Shown here in pieces: positions 7,385 through 15,195 of a stretch of 32,000 nt of DNA (its first letter is position 1; each line of letters starts with the position of its first letter). Origin of the DNA: Xanthobacteraceae bacterium. GTDB taxonomy: Bacteria; Pseudomonadota; Alphaproteobacteria; Rhizobiales; Xanthobacteraceae. The stretch covers positions 485-32,484 of the forward strand of contig DASPVJ010000322.1 in the NCBI GenBank assembly GCA_035622435.1, given 5' to 3'. Made by a program: the position numbers and the translations under genes. The notes beneath the pieces were generated by a model, which was not told the DNA's origin, did not search any database, and was given only the letters and a program-made list of their open reading frames with translations.

Positions 7385-8295
7385 CCGTTGATTGCCGCAC
7401 CAAAGATGTCCGCATTCTCTCGATTGTTGTAGCGGAACTGAAATTCCGCGACGTACAGCGGCATGTATTTCTTGCTGACCTTGTGGAACGTGCCGACCAC
7501 GCCGCGCTTGATGATGGACCAAAAGCCCTCAAGCGTGTTCGTGTGGACCGCGCCGACGACGTATTGATGCGCGGAATGGTCAACGGTTTTGTGCGGATAG
7601 TCGGTAAGGTTCCTGTATCCAGAGTGCTGGTCCGTGCAGAGCAGGCTGACTTTGTCGGATACGGCTTCGCGGACGAAACCTTCCATCGTCGCGGTATCGG
7701 TGTTCTCGATAACCCGCGCGACGACATTGCCCTTCCGGCGCACGGCGCCGATGATTGCTGTCTTACCGGAACCGATGCCGCCGGTTCCACCGCCGCGTTT
7801 ATCCCAATGTTTGTTATACCATTTGCCGCCGACGAAAGTTTCGTCGACCTCTACAATGCCGCCAAGCCTTTCCATGTCGTTCTCGATCAGTGCGACGCGG
7901 ATGCGATGGCACATGTACCAAGCGGTTTTGTAGGAACCGAAGCCCATGTAGCGATAGATTTGCAGGGCCGACATGCCCTTTTTGCTGGTCAGCATCAGGT
8001 GCGTGACCTTGAACCAATCCCGCAACGGCTTGTTCGTGTTCTCGAAAATCGTACCGGCAATGTGCGAGAACCGATAGGTCGTATCGGGTGCGCACTGGCG
8101 GCATTGCCAATGAAAGGCCATCGTCGAAACCGGGCGCGGGTCCGGCGCTCCGCAGCGCGGGCAATGCACCCCTTCCGGCCAGCGGCGCGCCACAAGGTAG
8201 CGGGCACAAGCCTCTTCGTCCGGGAAAAAGGCTTCGAATTGAGGTTCGCTAAGCTGGTGAACCGGCTTCGGCCGGGCGCTGCGCTTGCGGGCCAT
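7378..8295 (-). CDS. IS1595-family (ISXO2-like) DDE transposase with N-terminal zinc ribbon
   Basis: Motifs FFPDEEACARYLVARRWPEGVHCPRCG...WQCRQC, VEVDETFVGGK and HTNTLEGFWSIIKRGVVGTFHKVSKKYMPLYVAEFQFRYNNR. ATG at 8295 sits 6 nt downstream of GGGGAGGG. Confidence 0.93.
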   Translation of the reverse strand: MARKRSARPKPVHQLSEPQFEAFFPDEEACARYLVARRWPEGVHCPRCGAPDPRPVSTMAFHWQCRQCAPDTTYRFSHIAGTIFENTNKPLRDWFKVTHLMLTSKKGMSALQIYRYMGFGSYKTAWYMCHRIRVALIENDMERLGGIVEVDETFVGGKWYNKHWDKRGGGTGGIGSGKTAIIGAVRRKGNVVARVIENTDTATMEGFVREAVSDKVSLLCTDQHSGYRNLTDYPHKTVDHSAHQYVVGAVHTNTLEGFWSIIKRGVVGTFHKVSKKYMPLYVAEFQFRYNNRENADIFGAAINGC

Positions 8296-8396
8296 TGGAG
8301 TCCCTCCCCGTGATCGGTAGAACAATCCTACCGCGTCCGGGAGCGGAAGTCAAGTCCGGGATAATCGCCCCCCACAAGGGGGAGGGTAAGCGCGGC

Positions 8397-9473
8397 CTAT
8401 TTCACCACCAAGTCCAACTGCAGCGCTTCGTTGAACGGCACGGCGGAATGGGCGATGCCGTTGCCGGCCGATTGGCCGTCGCCGCTCACCGTATAGAGCC
8501 GGTCGCCGATGACGCCGACGGCGAGGCCGTGGCGCGGATGCGGCATCGACGGCAGTATCTGCCAGCGGTTGAGCGCGGGATCGTAGATTTCCACCGCCTT
8601 GAACGCGGCGAGCAGGCGGCGGTCCTGGAACTCGCCGCCCGGCACCAGGATGCGCCCGTTGTAGACGCCGCCGCCGATGGCGCTGCGCGGCGTCGGCATG
8701 CGCTCGCGCACGGTCCAGGCGTCGGCTACGGGATCGTACATTTCGACGAGATCGATGTTGTTGCTGCCGCCGGAAATGAACGCCGCGCCGATGCGCCCGC
8801 CGATGGCGTAGATCTTCTCGCCGACCGTGGCGACGGCGTGATGGTTGCGCGCGACCAGCAGGGGCGCGCGCGCGCGCCAGGCATTGGTCGCCGGATCGTA
8901 TTCCTCGACGGTCGCGAGCACGTGGTGGGCGCGGGTCGGATGGATGCCGGTTTCGCTCGACCCGGGCAGCGAATTGGCGCCGCCGGTGACGTAGATCTTG
9001 CCGTCGACGACCGCCGCCCCCGCCGCGCCGCGCTTGGTCGGCATCGGCGCCAGCGCCTTCCAGCTGTCGGCCGCGGGATCGTATTCCCACGCATTGTCGA
9101 GGGGGCGCCAGGCGGGCGGCCCGGAATCCGGCAGGGTGAAGCCGCCGAACGCGTAGATCTTGTCGTTGAGCATGGCGAAGGCGACGTGATGCGAGGGCAG
9201 CTGCATCGGCTTCTTCTGCGCCCATTTGTTGCTCGCCGGGTCGTATTCGTAGACCAGCGCCTTCGGCGTCCAGTTGGGGCCGATGCCGCAGAAGACGTAG
9301 AGCTTGCCGGCGGCAACGGCGCCGAGCACTTCCTCGGACGGGTCCGGGAACGGCGCGAGGATGACCCACGGGGCGGCCGCCGTCGGCGCCGGCGCCTGCG
9401 CGCGCGCCACGCCGAGCGCGATGATCGTGATCGCGAGCGCGCCGGCGATGATGCGAGCCGCGCGGCTCGTCAT
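8397..9473 (-). CDS. Kelch-repeat (beta-propeller) protein, secreted
   Basis: Signal peptide MTSRAARIIAGALAITIIALGVARAQA. Repeated GKLYVFGG / DKIYAFGG / GKIYVTGG / EKIYAIGG / GRILVPGG / DRLYTVSG blades each carry a YDPxxxxW motif. The rest of the 859-aa track ORF is a spurious extension. Confidence 0.88.
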   Translation of the reverse strand: MTSRAARIIAGALAITIIALGVARAQAPAPTAAAPWVILAPFPDPSEEVLGAVAAGKLYVFCGIGPNWTPKALVYEYDPASNKWAQKKPMQLPSHHVAFAMLNDKIYAFGGFTLPDSGPPAWRPLDNAWEYDPAADSWKALAPMPTKRGAAGAAVVDGKIYVTGGANSLPGSSETGIHPTRAHHVLATVEEYDPATNAWRARAPLLVARNHHAVATVGEKIYAIGGRIGAAFISGGSNNIDLVEMYDPVADAWTVRERMPTPRSAIGGGVYNGRILVPGGEFQDRRLLAAFKAVEIYDPALNRWQILPSMPHPRHGLAVGVIGDRLYTVSGDGQSAGNGIAHSAVPFNEALQLDLVVK

Positions 9474-9551
9474 GGCCGGGCTTGTCCCGGCCATCCACGC
9501 CTTGCTTTGTTTGCGTTCAAGACGTGGATGCCCGGCACAAGGCCGGGCATG
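9471..9551. repeat. REP-type palindromic element (CATGCCCGGCCTTGTGCCGGGCATCCACG... family), copy 1
   Basis: An 81-bp near-perfect palindrome, CATGGCCGGGCTTGTCCCGGCCATCCACGCCTTG...CAAGACGTGGATGCCCGGCACAAGGCCGGGCATG. A sibling copy lies at 13221-13295. Confidence 0.85.
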
Positions 9552-9680
9552 ACGGCGGAGAATGACTGACATGGGTTCCTCCCCGGCTGTTCTCGTTGGG
9601 GCGCGAGCAAACCATAGGCGCGCGCGCAGGCGCAATGACGGAACTGGACACGGCGGGGGCGCGGTGGCAGAAGCGCCGGG

Positions 9681-10091
9681 ATGAAAACCTTCCTGCTGCG
9701 CTTCTTCACCTGGTGGAACAGCCAGACCTTCGGCACGCAGCTGTGGACGCGCCTTTACGGCGAGTTCGTCGGCGAGGACGAGTTCGCCAACCGCTACTAC
9801 CGCACCCGCGGCGGCAAGATCGATCCGACGCTCGGCTTCGAGCGGCGCTGGGTGATCTACAGCGGTTACGCCGAGGCCTCGACCGTGCCCCCCGGCTGGT
9901 ACGGCTGGCTGCATCACACGGTCGACCTGCCGCCGACCGAGGTCGCCGCGACGCCGCGGCCGTGGGCGAAGCCGCACCGGCCGAACCTCACCGGCACGCC
10001 GCTCGCTTGGCGCCCGCCCGGCTCGACCCTGGCCGAGAGCCACCGCCCGCCGGCGACCGGCGACTACCAGCCCTGGACCCCGGGACAGTAG
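9681..10091 (+). CDS. NADH:ubiquinone oxidoreductase subunit NDUFA12-family protein
   Basis: FFTWWNSQTFGTQLWTRLYGEFVGEDEFANRYYR...WHGWLHHT-like signature of alphaproteobacterial NDUFA12 homologues. It shows the conserved neighbourhood with DUF2155 and aat. Confidence 0.9.
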   Translation: MKTFLLRFFTWWNSQTFGTQLWTRLYGEFVGEDEFANRYYRTRGGKIDPTLGFERRWVIYSGYAEASTVPPGWYGWLHHTVDLPPTEVAATPRPWAKPHRPNLTGTPLAWRPPGSTLAESHRPPATGDYQPWTPGQ

Positions 10092-10208
10092 ATTCCGCCT
10101 GCGCGCGGGCCTTTCGCCCTGTGCGCGGCGCCCTTTCAGCGCCGCAATCCCGGTGTTAACAGCGATTCCGGCGCGCCGCCCGCGGCGCTGCGCGGCCGCG
10201 AGCCCTCC

Positions 10209-10991
10209 ATGCACAGACCGTATGTTCTTGCCGTTCTCGCCGCCGTGATCGCCGTGCCGATCGGGGCCGTGCCGGCGGCGGCGCAGTTCGGCTCGATCTT
10301 CGATCCGCCGCGTCCGCCGACCGACGTGCCGAACCGGCCGCCGGCGTCCCCGCCGCCCAATTCCTATCCGCAGCCGGCGCCGTCCGGTTTCCAGCCGCCA
10401 GCGCCGGGGCGCAGCGGCATCCAGTCGCAGCCGCTGCCGCCGCCGCCGGGGGCAACGGCGGCTCCGCCGACGCAACCGGCGCCCCAGCCGAGCACGTTCG
10501 CGCCGCCGGCCCCAGGCCAAGCGCCGCCGGCGCAACCCCCGGCGCCGCCCGGCGCGCCGCTGCAGCCGGGGGACGAGATCATCACCGCCCCGCCCGCCCA
10601 GAAGGTCGTCAACCCGACCGCCGTGTTCTCCGGCCTCGACAAGATCACCGGGCGCATCACCACGTTCGAGGCGGCGATCAACGAGACGGTGCAGTTCGGC
10701 GCGCTGCGGGTGACGCCGCGCGCCTGCTACACGCGCCCGCCCAACGAAACGCCCAACACCGACAGCTTCCTCGAAGTCGACGAGATCACCCTTTCGGGCG
10801 AGGTGCACCGCATTTTCACCGGCTGGATGTACGCGGCGAGCCCCGGGCTGCACGCAGTCGAGCACCCGATCTACGACGTGTGGCTGACCGACTGCAAAGG
10901 CGGCGACGCAACGGCGGTCGCGGGCGCGAAGCCGCCGGAGCCGGAACCGACGCCGCCGCCCGCGCCGCGCACACAAACAAAGAAAAAGTAG
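10209..10991 (+). CDS. DUF2155 domain-containing protein with long Pro-rich linker
   Basis: Signal peptide, then a Pro/Ala/Gln-rich tract of about 100 aa, then the conserved C-terminal domain (VFSGLDKITGRITTFEAAINETVQFGALRVTPRACYTRPP...WMYAASPGLHAVEHPIYDVWLTDC). Confidence 0.85.
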   Translation: MHRPYVLAVLAAVIAVPIGAVPAAAQFGSIFDPPRPPTDVPNRPPASPPPNSYPQPAPSGFQPPAPGRSGIQSQPLPPPPGATAAPPTQPAPQPSTFAPPAPGQAPPAQPPAPPGAPLQPGDEIITAPPAQKVVNPTAVFSGLDKITGRITTFEAAINETVQFGALRVTPRACYTRPPNETPNTDSFLEVDEITLSGEVHRIFTGWMYAASPGLHAVEHPIYDVWLTDCKGGDATAVAGAKPPEPEPTPPPAPRTQTKKK

Positions 10992-11079
10992 GGTGGCTCA
11001 AGGCGCGACGCGCCGTAATCCGTCGTCTTTGTTTGTTTGATGGTTGCGGCGGGTTGCGCGGCTTCGCCGCTTACCCAGC

Positions 11080-11745
11080 CTATGAACCGCCGATCATCGC
11101 CAGCGCATCCGTCCCCGCAATCGGCCGATCGGTCGGCAGGGCAGCGAAGCGGCCGTTGACCGCAAGCGCCGCTTCGAGCGCGCGGTGATATTGGCGGCGG
11201 GTGAGTTCGCGTGCGCCGAACGTCTTGAGGTGGTCGGTGACGAACTGGGTGTCGAGCAAGACGAATCCGCCCGCCTTGAGGCGGGCGACGAGGTGCACGA
11301 GCGCGATCTTGGAGGCGTCGCGCGCCCGGTGAAACATGCTCTCGCCGAAGAAGGCGCCGCCGAGGCTCACGCCGTAGAGGCCGCCGACCAAATCCGTCCC
11401 GGCGTAGACCTCGACCGTGTGGCAATGGCCGCGGGCGTGGAGGCCGCGGTAGAGCATGCGGATGCGCGCGTTGATCCAGGTGCGCGCGCGTCCCGCCGAA
11501 GGCGCGGCGCAAGCGTCGATCACCGCGTCGAAGTCGTTATCGCACACGACCCGGAAGCGGTCCTGGCGCACGGTGCGCCTGAGGCGCGCCGGCACGTGGA
11601 AGGCGCCGAGCGGCAGCACGCCGCGCCGCTCCGGCTCGATCCAGTAGAGCGCCGGATCCTCGGCGCTCTCCGCCATGGGGAAGATGCCGCAGGCGTAGGC
11701 CTTGAGCAGCACCTCGGGGGTGATTTCGACGGTCGCGGGCTTCAT
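11080..11745 (-). CDS. aat: leucyl/phenylalanyl-tRNA--protein transferase
   Basis: [20 protein letters not shown]...[12 protein letters not shown]...[19 protein letters not shown]...[10 protein letters not shown] match the Aat family end to end. Confidence 0.93.
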   Translation of the reverse strand: MKPATVEITPEVLLKAYACGIFPMAESAEDPALYWIEPERRGVLPLGAFHVPARLRRTVRQDRFRVVCDNDFDAVIDACAAPSAGRARTWINARIRMLYRGLHARGHCHTVEVYAGTDLVGGLYGVSLGGAFFGESMFHRARDASKIALVHLVARLKAGGFVLLDTQFVTDHLKTFGARELTRRQYHRALEAALAVNGRFAALPTDRPIAGTDALAMIGGS

Positions 11746-11837
11746 GACAGATGTCAGATGTCAGAGGTCGGAGGTCAGATAGTCCCTGAACTGGCATCTG
11801 TCATCTGACATCTGACATCCGACATCTGTCATCCGAC
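11746..11837. repeat. inverted arrays of a degenerate heptamer (GTCAGAT x5 / ATCTGAC x6) forming a long imperfect hairpin
   Basis: Left arm 11746-11780 is GACAGAT GTCAGAT GTCAGAG GTCGGAG GTCAGAT. A 15-nt loop follows. Right arm 11796-11837 is ATCTGTC ATCTGAC ATCTGAC ATCCGAC ATCTGTC ATCCGAC. It fills the entire accC-aat spacer. Confidence 0.9.
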
Positions 11838-13190
11838 CGCCGACGTCATCCCGCCGTCGGCGAGGAAGCGCTCCAGCCAGTGGATGTGGTAGGCGCCGTC
11901 GATGACCGCCTGCTCGCGCACCAGGGCGCGGAACAGCGGCAGGGTGGTCTCGACGCCGTCGACCACGAACTCGTCGAGCGCCCGTTTGAGCCGCATCAGG
12001 CATTCGGTGCGGGTCTTGCCGTGCACGATCAGCTTGCCGACGAGCGAATCGTAAAAGGGCGGGATGGCGTAGCCCTGGTAGACGGCGGAATCGACGCGGA
12101 TGCCGGGACCGCCGGGCGGGTGGTAGTGCTGGATGCGGCCGGGCGAGGGGCGGAACGACACCGGGTTCTCCGCATTGATGCGGCATTCGATGGCGTGGCC
12201 GTGGAACTTCACGTCGTTTTGCGCCAGCGCAAGATCGGCGCCGGCCGCCACCCGGATCTGCTCGAGGATCAGGTCCATGTCGGTGATCATCTCGGTCACC
12301 GGGTGCTCGACCTGGATGCGGGTGTTCATTTCGATGAAGTAGAAGCGGCCGTCCTCGTACAGGAACTCGACGGTGCCGACGCCGAGATACTTGAGTTCGC
12401 GCATGGCGGCGGCGACGCATTGGCCGATGGCGTCGCGCGCCTCGGCGTTGAGGGCGGGCGAGGGGCCTTCCTCCCAGACCTTCTGGTGCCGGCGCTGCAG
12501 CGAGCAGTCGCGCTCGCCCAGATGGATGGCGTTGCCGCGGCCGTCGCCGATGACCTGAATCTCGATGTGGCGCGGCTCGGCGAGGTATTTCTCCAGATAG
12601 ACGGTGGCGTCGCCGAACGCCGCCTGCGCCTCGGTGCGGGCGGTCGCGAGCGCCGCGGCAAGGTCGGCGGGCGCGCGTACGACCTTCATGCCGCGCCCGC
12701 CGCCGCCAGCCGCCGCCTTGACGAGGAGGGGAAACCCGATGGCGCGGGCGACGCCTGCCGCATCTTCCCCGCTCTCGACGCCGCCCTCCGATCCCGGCAC
12801 CACCGGGATGCCCAGGCGGCTGGCGGTGCGCTTGGCTTCGATCTTGTCGCCCATCAGGCGGATGTGCTCGGCGGTGGGGCCGATGAATTGCACGTTGTGC
12901 TCGCGCAGGATCTCGGCAAAGCGCGCGTTCTCGGAGAGGAAGCCGTAGCCCGGATGCACCGCGTCGGCGCCGGTGATCTCGCAGGCGGCGAGCAGCGCCG
13001 GAACGTTGAGATAGCTGTCCTTGGCGGGCGGCGGGCCGACGCACACGCTTTCGTCGGCAAGCCGCACGTGCATGGCGTCGGCGTCGGCGGTCGAGTGCAC
13101 GGCGACCGCCGGAATGCCGAGCTCCTTGCACGCGCGCAGCACGCGCAGCGCGATCTCGCCGCGATTGGCGATGAGGATTTTGTCGAACAT
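11829..13190 (-). CDS. accC: acetyl-CoA carboxylase, biotin carboxylase subunit
   Basis: MFDKILIANRGEIALRVLRACKELGI...GGGGRGM...EMNTRIQVEHPVTE is a full-length match to AccC. ATG at 13190 follows GAGG. Confidence 0.97.
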   Translation of the reverse strand: MFDKILIANRGEIALRVLRACKELGIPAVAVHSTADADAMHVRLADESVCVGPPPAKDSYLNVPALLAACEITGADAVHPGYGFLSENARFAEILREHNVQFIGPTAEHIRLMGDKIEAKRTASRLGIPVVPGSEGGVESGEDAAGVARAIGFPLLVKAAAGGGGRGMKVVRAPADLAAALATARTEAQAAFGDATVYLEKYLAEPRHIEIQVIGDGRGNAIHLGERDCSLQRRHQKVWEEGPSPALNAEARDAIGQCVAAAMRELKYLGVGTVEFLYEDGRFYFIEMNTRIQVEHPVTEMITDMDLILEQIRVAAGADLALAQNDVKFHGHAIECRINAENPVSFRPSPGRIQHYHPPGGPGIRVDSAVYQGYAIPPFYDSLVGKLIVHGKTRTECLMRLKRALDEFVVDGVETTLPLFRALVREQAVIDGAYHIHWLERFLADGGMTSAVG

Positions 13191-13220
13191 CGCCTCAAAC
13201 GCCCGACATCCCCCTGCCGT

Positions 13221-13295
13221 CATGCCCGGCCTTGGGCCGGGCATCCACGCCTTGACGCGGCAAAGACGTGGATCGCCGGGACAAGCCCGGCCATG
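13221..13295. repeat. REP-type palindromic element (same family as 9471-9551), copy 2, in the accB-accC spacer
   Basis: CATGCCCGGCCTTGGGCCGGGCATCCACGCCTTGACGCGGCAAAGACGTGGATCGCCGGGACAAGCCCGGCCATG. Confidence 0.85.
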
Positions 13296-13322
13296 ACGCG
13301 CGAGGAGTGCGCCTGCGCTCCG

Positions 13323-13796
13323 TCATTCGATGATCATCAGCGGCTCGCCGAATTCGACCGGCTGGCCGTCGTCGAACAGGATCTGCGTCACCGTGCCGGC
13401 GCGCGGCGAGGGGATCTGGTTGAGCGTCTTCATCGCCTCGACGATCAGAAGGGTATCGCCGATCTCGACCGCGCTGCCGACATCGACGAAAGGCTTGGCG
13501 CCCGGTTCGGGCGCGCGATAGGCGGTGCCGACCATGGGCGAGGGGACGAGGCCGGGGTGGGCCGAGGCGTCGATCATGCCGGCGACGACGGACGGGCCGG
13601 CGATCGGGACGGCGGCCGGAGGCTCGGCCCGCGCCCCCGGGGCGGCGGCGGGCAAGGCCGCGGCGCCGGCGTGGCGCGCCACCCGCACGCGCTGACCGTC
13701 CTGCTCGATCTCGATCTCGCTCACGCCCAACTCGTCGAGCAACGCGGCGAGTTCGCGGATCGCATCCTGATCGATGGCGATCCTGCGCCCGGGCAT
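13323..13796 (-). CDS. accB: acetyl-CoA carboxylase biotin carboxyl carrier protein
   Basis: C-terminal biotinyl domain with the EAMKT/L motif ([13 protein letters not shown]), an Ala/Pro linker and N-terminal [10 protein letters not shown]. It lies upstream of accC. Confidence 0.93.
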   Translation of the reverse strand: MPGRRIAIDQDAIRELAALLDELGVSEIEIEQDGQRVRVARHAGAAALPAAAPGARAEPPAAVPIAGPSVVAGMIDASAHPGLVPSPMVGTAYRAPEPGAKPFVDVGSAVEIGDTLLIVEAMKTLNQIPSPRAGTVTQILFDDGQPVEFGEPLMIIE

Positions 13797-13827
13797 GCGT
13801 TGCGGTTTGGGCCAGCGCGCCACGGCT

Positions 13828-14295
13828 TCAACCCTTCGCGTCCGCGCCGACCATGGCGGCAAGCCCGCGGATGGCGAGCCCGTAGCCGTCGACGCCGAAG
13901 CCGCAGATCACGGCGCGGGCGACCCGCGACACGTAGGAATCGTGGCGGAAGCTCTCGCGCGCGTGGATGTTGGTGATGTGCACCTCGACGACCGGAATCT
14001 GCGCAGCGAGGATGGCGTCGAGGATCGCAACCGACGTGGTGGTGTAGCCCGCCGGGTTGAGCACGATGCCGGCCGCCTGCTCGCGCGCCGCCGCGTGGAT
14101 CCAATCGACGATCGCGCCCTCGTGGTTCGATTGGTGGAACTTGACCGCGAGGCCGAAGCGCTTCCCCGCGTCGCGGCACAGGCGCTCCACGTCGGCGAGG
14201 GTGGCGCGGCCGTATTTCTCCGGCTCGCGCGTGCCGAGCAGGTTGAGGTTGGGGCCGTTGAGGATGTAGATCGTCTTGCTGGTCGCCTTGGCCAT
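13828..14295 (-). CDS. aroQ: type II 3-dehydroquinate dehydratase
   Basis: [21 protein letters not shown]...[15 protein letters not shown]...[18 protein letters not shown]...[14 protein letters not shown] is the canonical AroQ sequence. Confidence 0.96.
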   Translation of the reverse strand: MAKATSKTIYILNGPNLNLLGTREPEKYGRATLADVERLCRDAGKRFGLAVKFHQSNHEGAIVDWIHAAAREQAAGIVLNPAGYTTTSVAILDAILAAQIPVVEVHITNIHARESFRHDSYVSRVARAVICGFGVDGYGLAIRGLAAMVGADAKG

Positions 14296-14429
14296 GAGAC
14301 GTGCCCGCAGTGGGACGCGCAGCAAAGCGACCGCCGTCGCGCGGCCGCAGGCTCCGTTGCCGGCTTTATAGGAGGCCGCGCCGGGAAGGGGAAGCCTGCC
14401 GGCCGCCGTCGCGCCCGTTGCCGGGCCCG

Positions 14430-15179
14430 CTAGTGGCGGGCGGCGTCGACCTTCTCCTTGAGCGCGGCGTAGCCCTGCGCGCCGACCACCACCTCGGAGC
14501 CGATGATGTAGCTCGGGGTGCCGTTGAGGCCGATCGCGTCGGCGACGTGCATGATCTCCTTCAGCGTCTCGGTCACCTCGTCGCTGGCGAGATCCTTCTC
14601 GATCCGCGCCACGTCGAAGCCGGCTTCCTTGGCCGCCGCCAGCGCGTGCGCCTTGTCGGCCGGGCCGCGCTCGCCGAGCAGCCGCTGATGGAAGTCGAGA
14701 TATCTCTTGCCGGTCTTGTCCTGCATGCGCGCCGCCACCGCGACCTGCGCGGCTTCGAGCGAGCCCGGGCCGAGCACCGGGTACTCCTTCAGGACGACCT
14801 TCAGGTTGGGATCGGTCTTGAGCAATTGCAGCATGTCGGCGAGCGCGCGCTTGCAGTAGCCGCAATTGTAATCGAAGAACTCGACCATGGTGACGTTGCC
14901 CTGCGGGTTGCCCAAGGTCACCTGGTGGGAGGAATTGAACAGTTCCTGCTTGTGCTCGCGCACGCCGACGGCCTGCTTCTCGGCTTCGGCCGCGGTCTGG
15001 CGCCGCTCCACCTCGCTCATGATCTCCTGCAGCACTTCCGGATGCGCGATCAGGTAGTCCTTGACGATGCCTTCGATCTCGTGGCGCTGGGTGTCGCTGA
15101 AGCTCTGCGCGTGCGCGGGAGCGGCGCCGACGAAGGCGATGAAGATGGCGGCGGCGGTCAAGCGGAGCATCAAGCGCAT
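14430..15179 (-). CDS. DsbA-family thiol:disulfide oxidoreductase (periplasmic)
   Basis: Signal peptide, a thioredoxin CGYC active site ([12 protein letters not shown]) and a C-terminal [11 protein letters not shown] at 15179 follows GAAGGAA. Confidence 0.9.
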   Translation of the reverse strand: MRLMLRLTAAAIFIAFVGAAPAHAQSFSDTQRHEIEGIVKDYLIAHPEVLQEIMSEVERRQTAAEAEKQAVGVREHKQELFNSSHQVTLGNPQGNVTMVEFFDYNCGYCKRALADMLQLLKTDPNLKVVLKEYPVLGPGSLEAAQVAVAARMQDKTGKRYLDFHQRLLGERGPADKAHALAAAKEAGFDVARIEKDLASDEVTETLKEIMHVADAIGLNGTPSYIIGSEVVVGAQGYAALKEKVDAARH

Positions 15180-15195
15180 CGCGGATTCCTTCAGG

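Larger units (their letters stand above)
5890..8370 (-). mobile_element. IS1595-family insertion sequence carrying passenger genes (about 2.48 kb)
   Basis: Perfect 24-bp terminal inverted repeat GGGCGATTATCCCGGACTTGACTT (5890-5913; reverse complement 8347-8370). Subterminal GGTAG-N7/9-CTACCGA motifs lie at 5915-5935 and 8314-8332. CCACAAGG flanks both ends (5884-5891, 8372-8379). The transposase gene abuts the right end. GC drops to 42-53% in hand-counted lines 6601, 7081 and 7801. Confidence 0.85.

Noticed and set aside
10290-10580. Proline-rich repetitive tract
   Set aside because: It is in frame within the DUF2155 protein as a linker between the signal peptide and the conserved domain. 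This is compositional low complexity, not a separate feature.
8397-10976. 859-aa minus-strand ORF in the track
   Set aside because: Only the C-terminal 358 aa (8397-9473) is a coherent Kelch protein with a signal peptide. The upstream 500 aa is Arg/Gly/Pro-rich shadow sequence running antisense through the REP, the NDUFA12-like gene and the DUF2155 gene.
11026-11042. Shared 12-mer GTTTGTTTGATG at 11031-11042 and 21069-21080, and the 10-bp inverted repeat CAAACAAAGA / TCTTTGTTTG (10974-10983 / 11026-11035)
   Set aside because: The matches are too short to interpret. They are likely AT-rich flanks of REP or terminator regions at convergent gene ends, and no U-tract typical of an intrinsic terminator follows.
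11746-11837. Heptamer array considered as a CRISPR or tandem-repeat locus
   Set aside because: The units are 7 nt with no spacers and are arranged as two inverted blocks. This is a hairpin-forming microsatellite-like element, not a CRISPR array.
11880-13976. 698-aa plus-strand ORF, and similar long ORFs at 129-1199, 139-1197, 947-1747, 4520-6070, 8295-9569, 15061-16809, 16602-18089, 16697-18229, 23933-25654, 24823-25959, 25080-26300 and 29880-31910
   Set aside because: They are antisense or out-of-frame shadows of well-supported genes (accC/accB, M48 protease, aminotransferase, aldolase/SDR, rne, PBP1A and others). Their composition is Arg/Gly/Ala/Pro-biased, as expected for stop-codon-poor frames in high-GC DNA.
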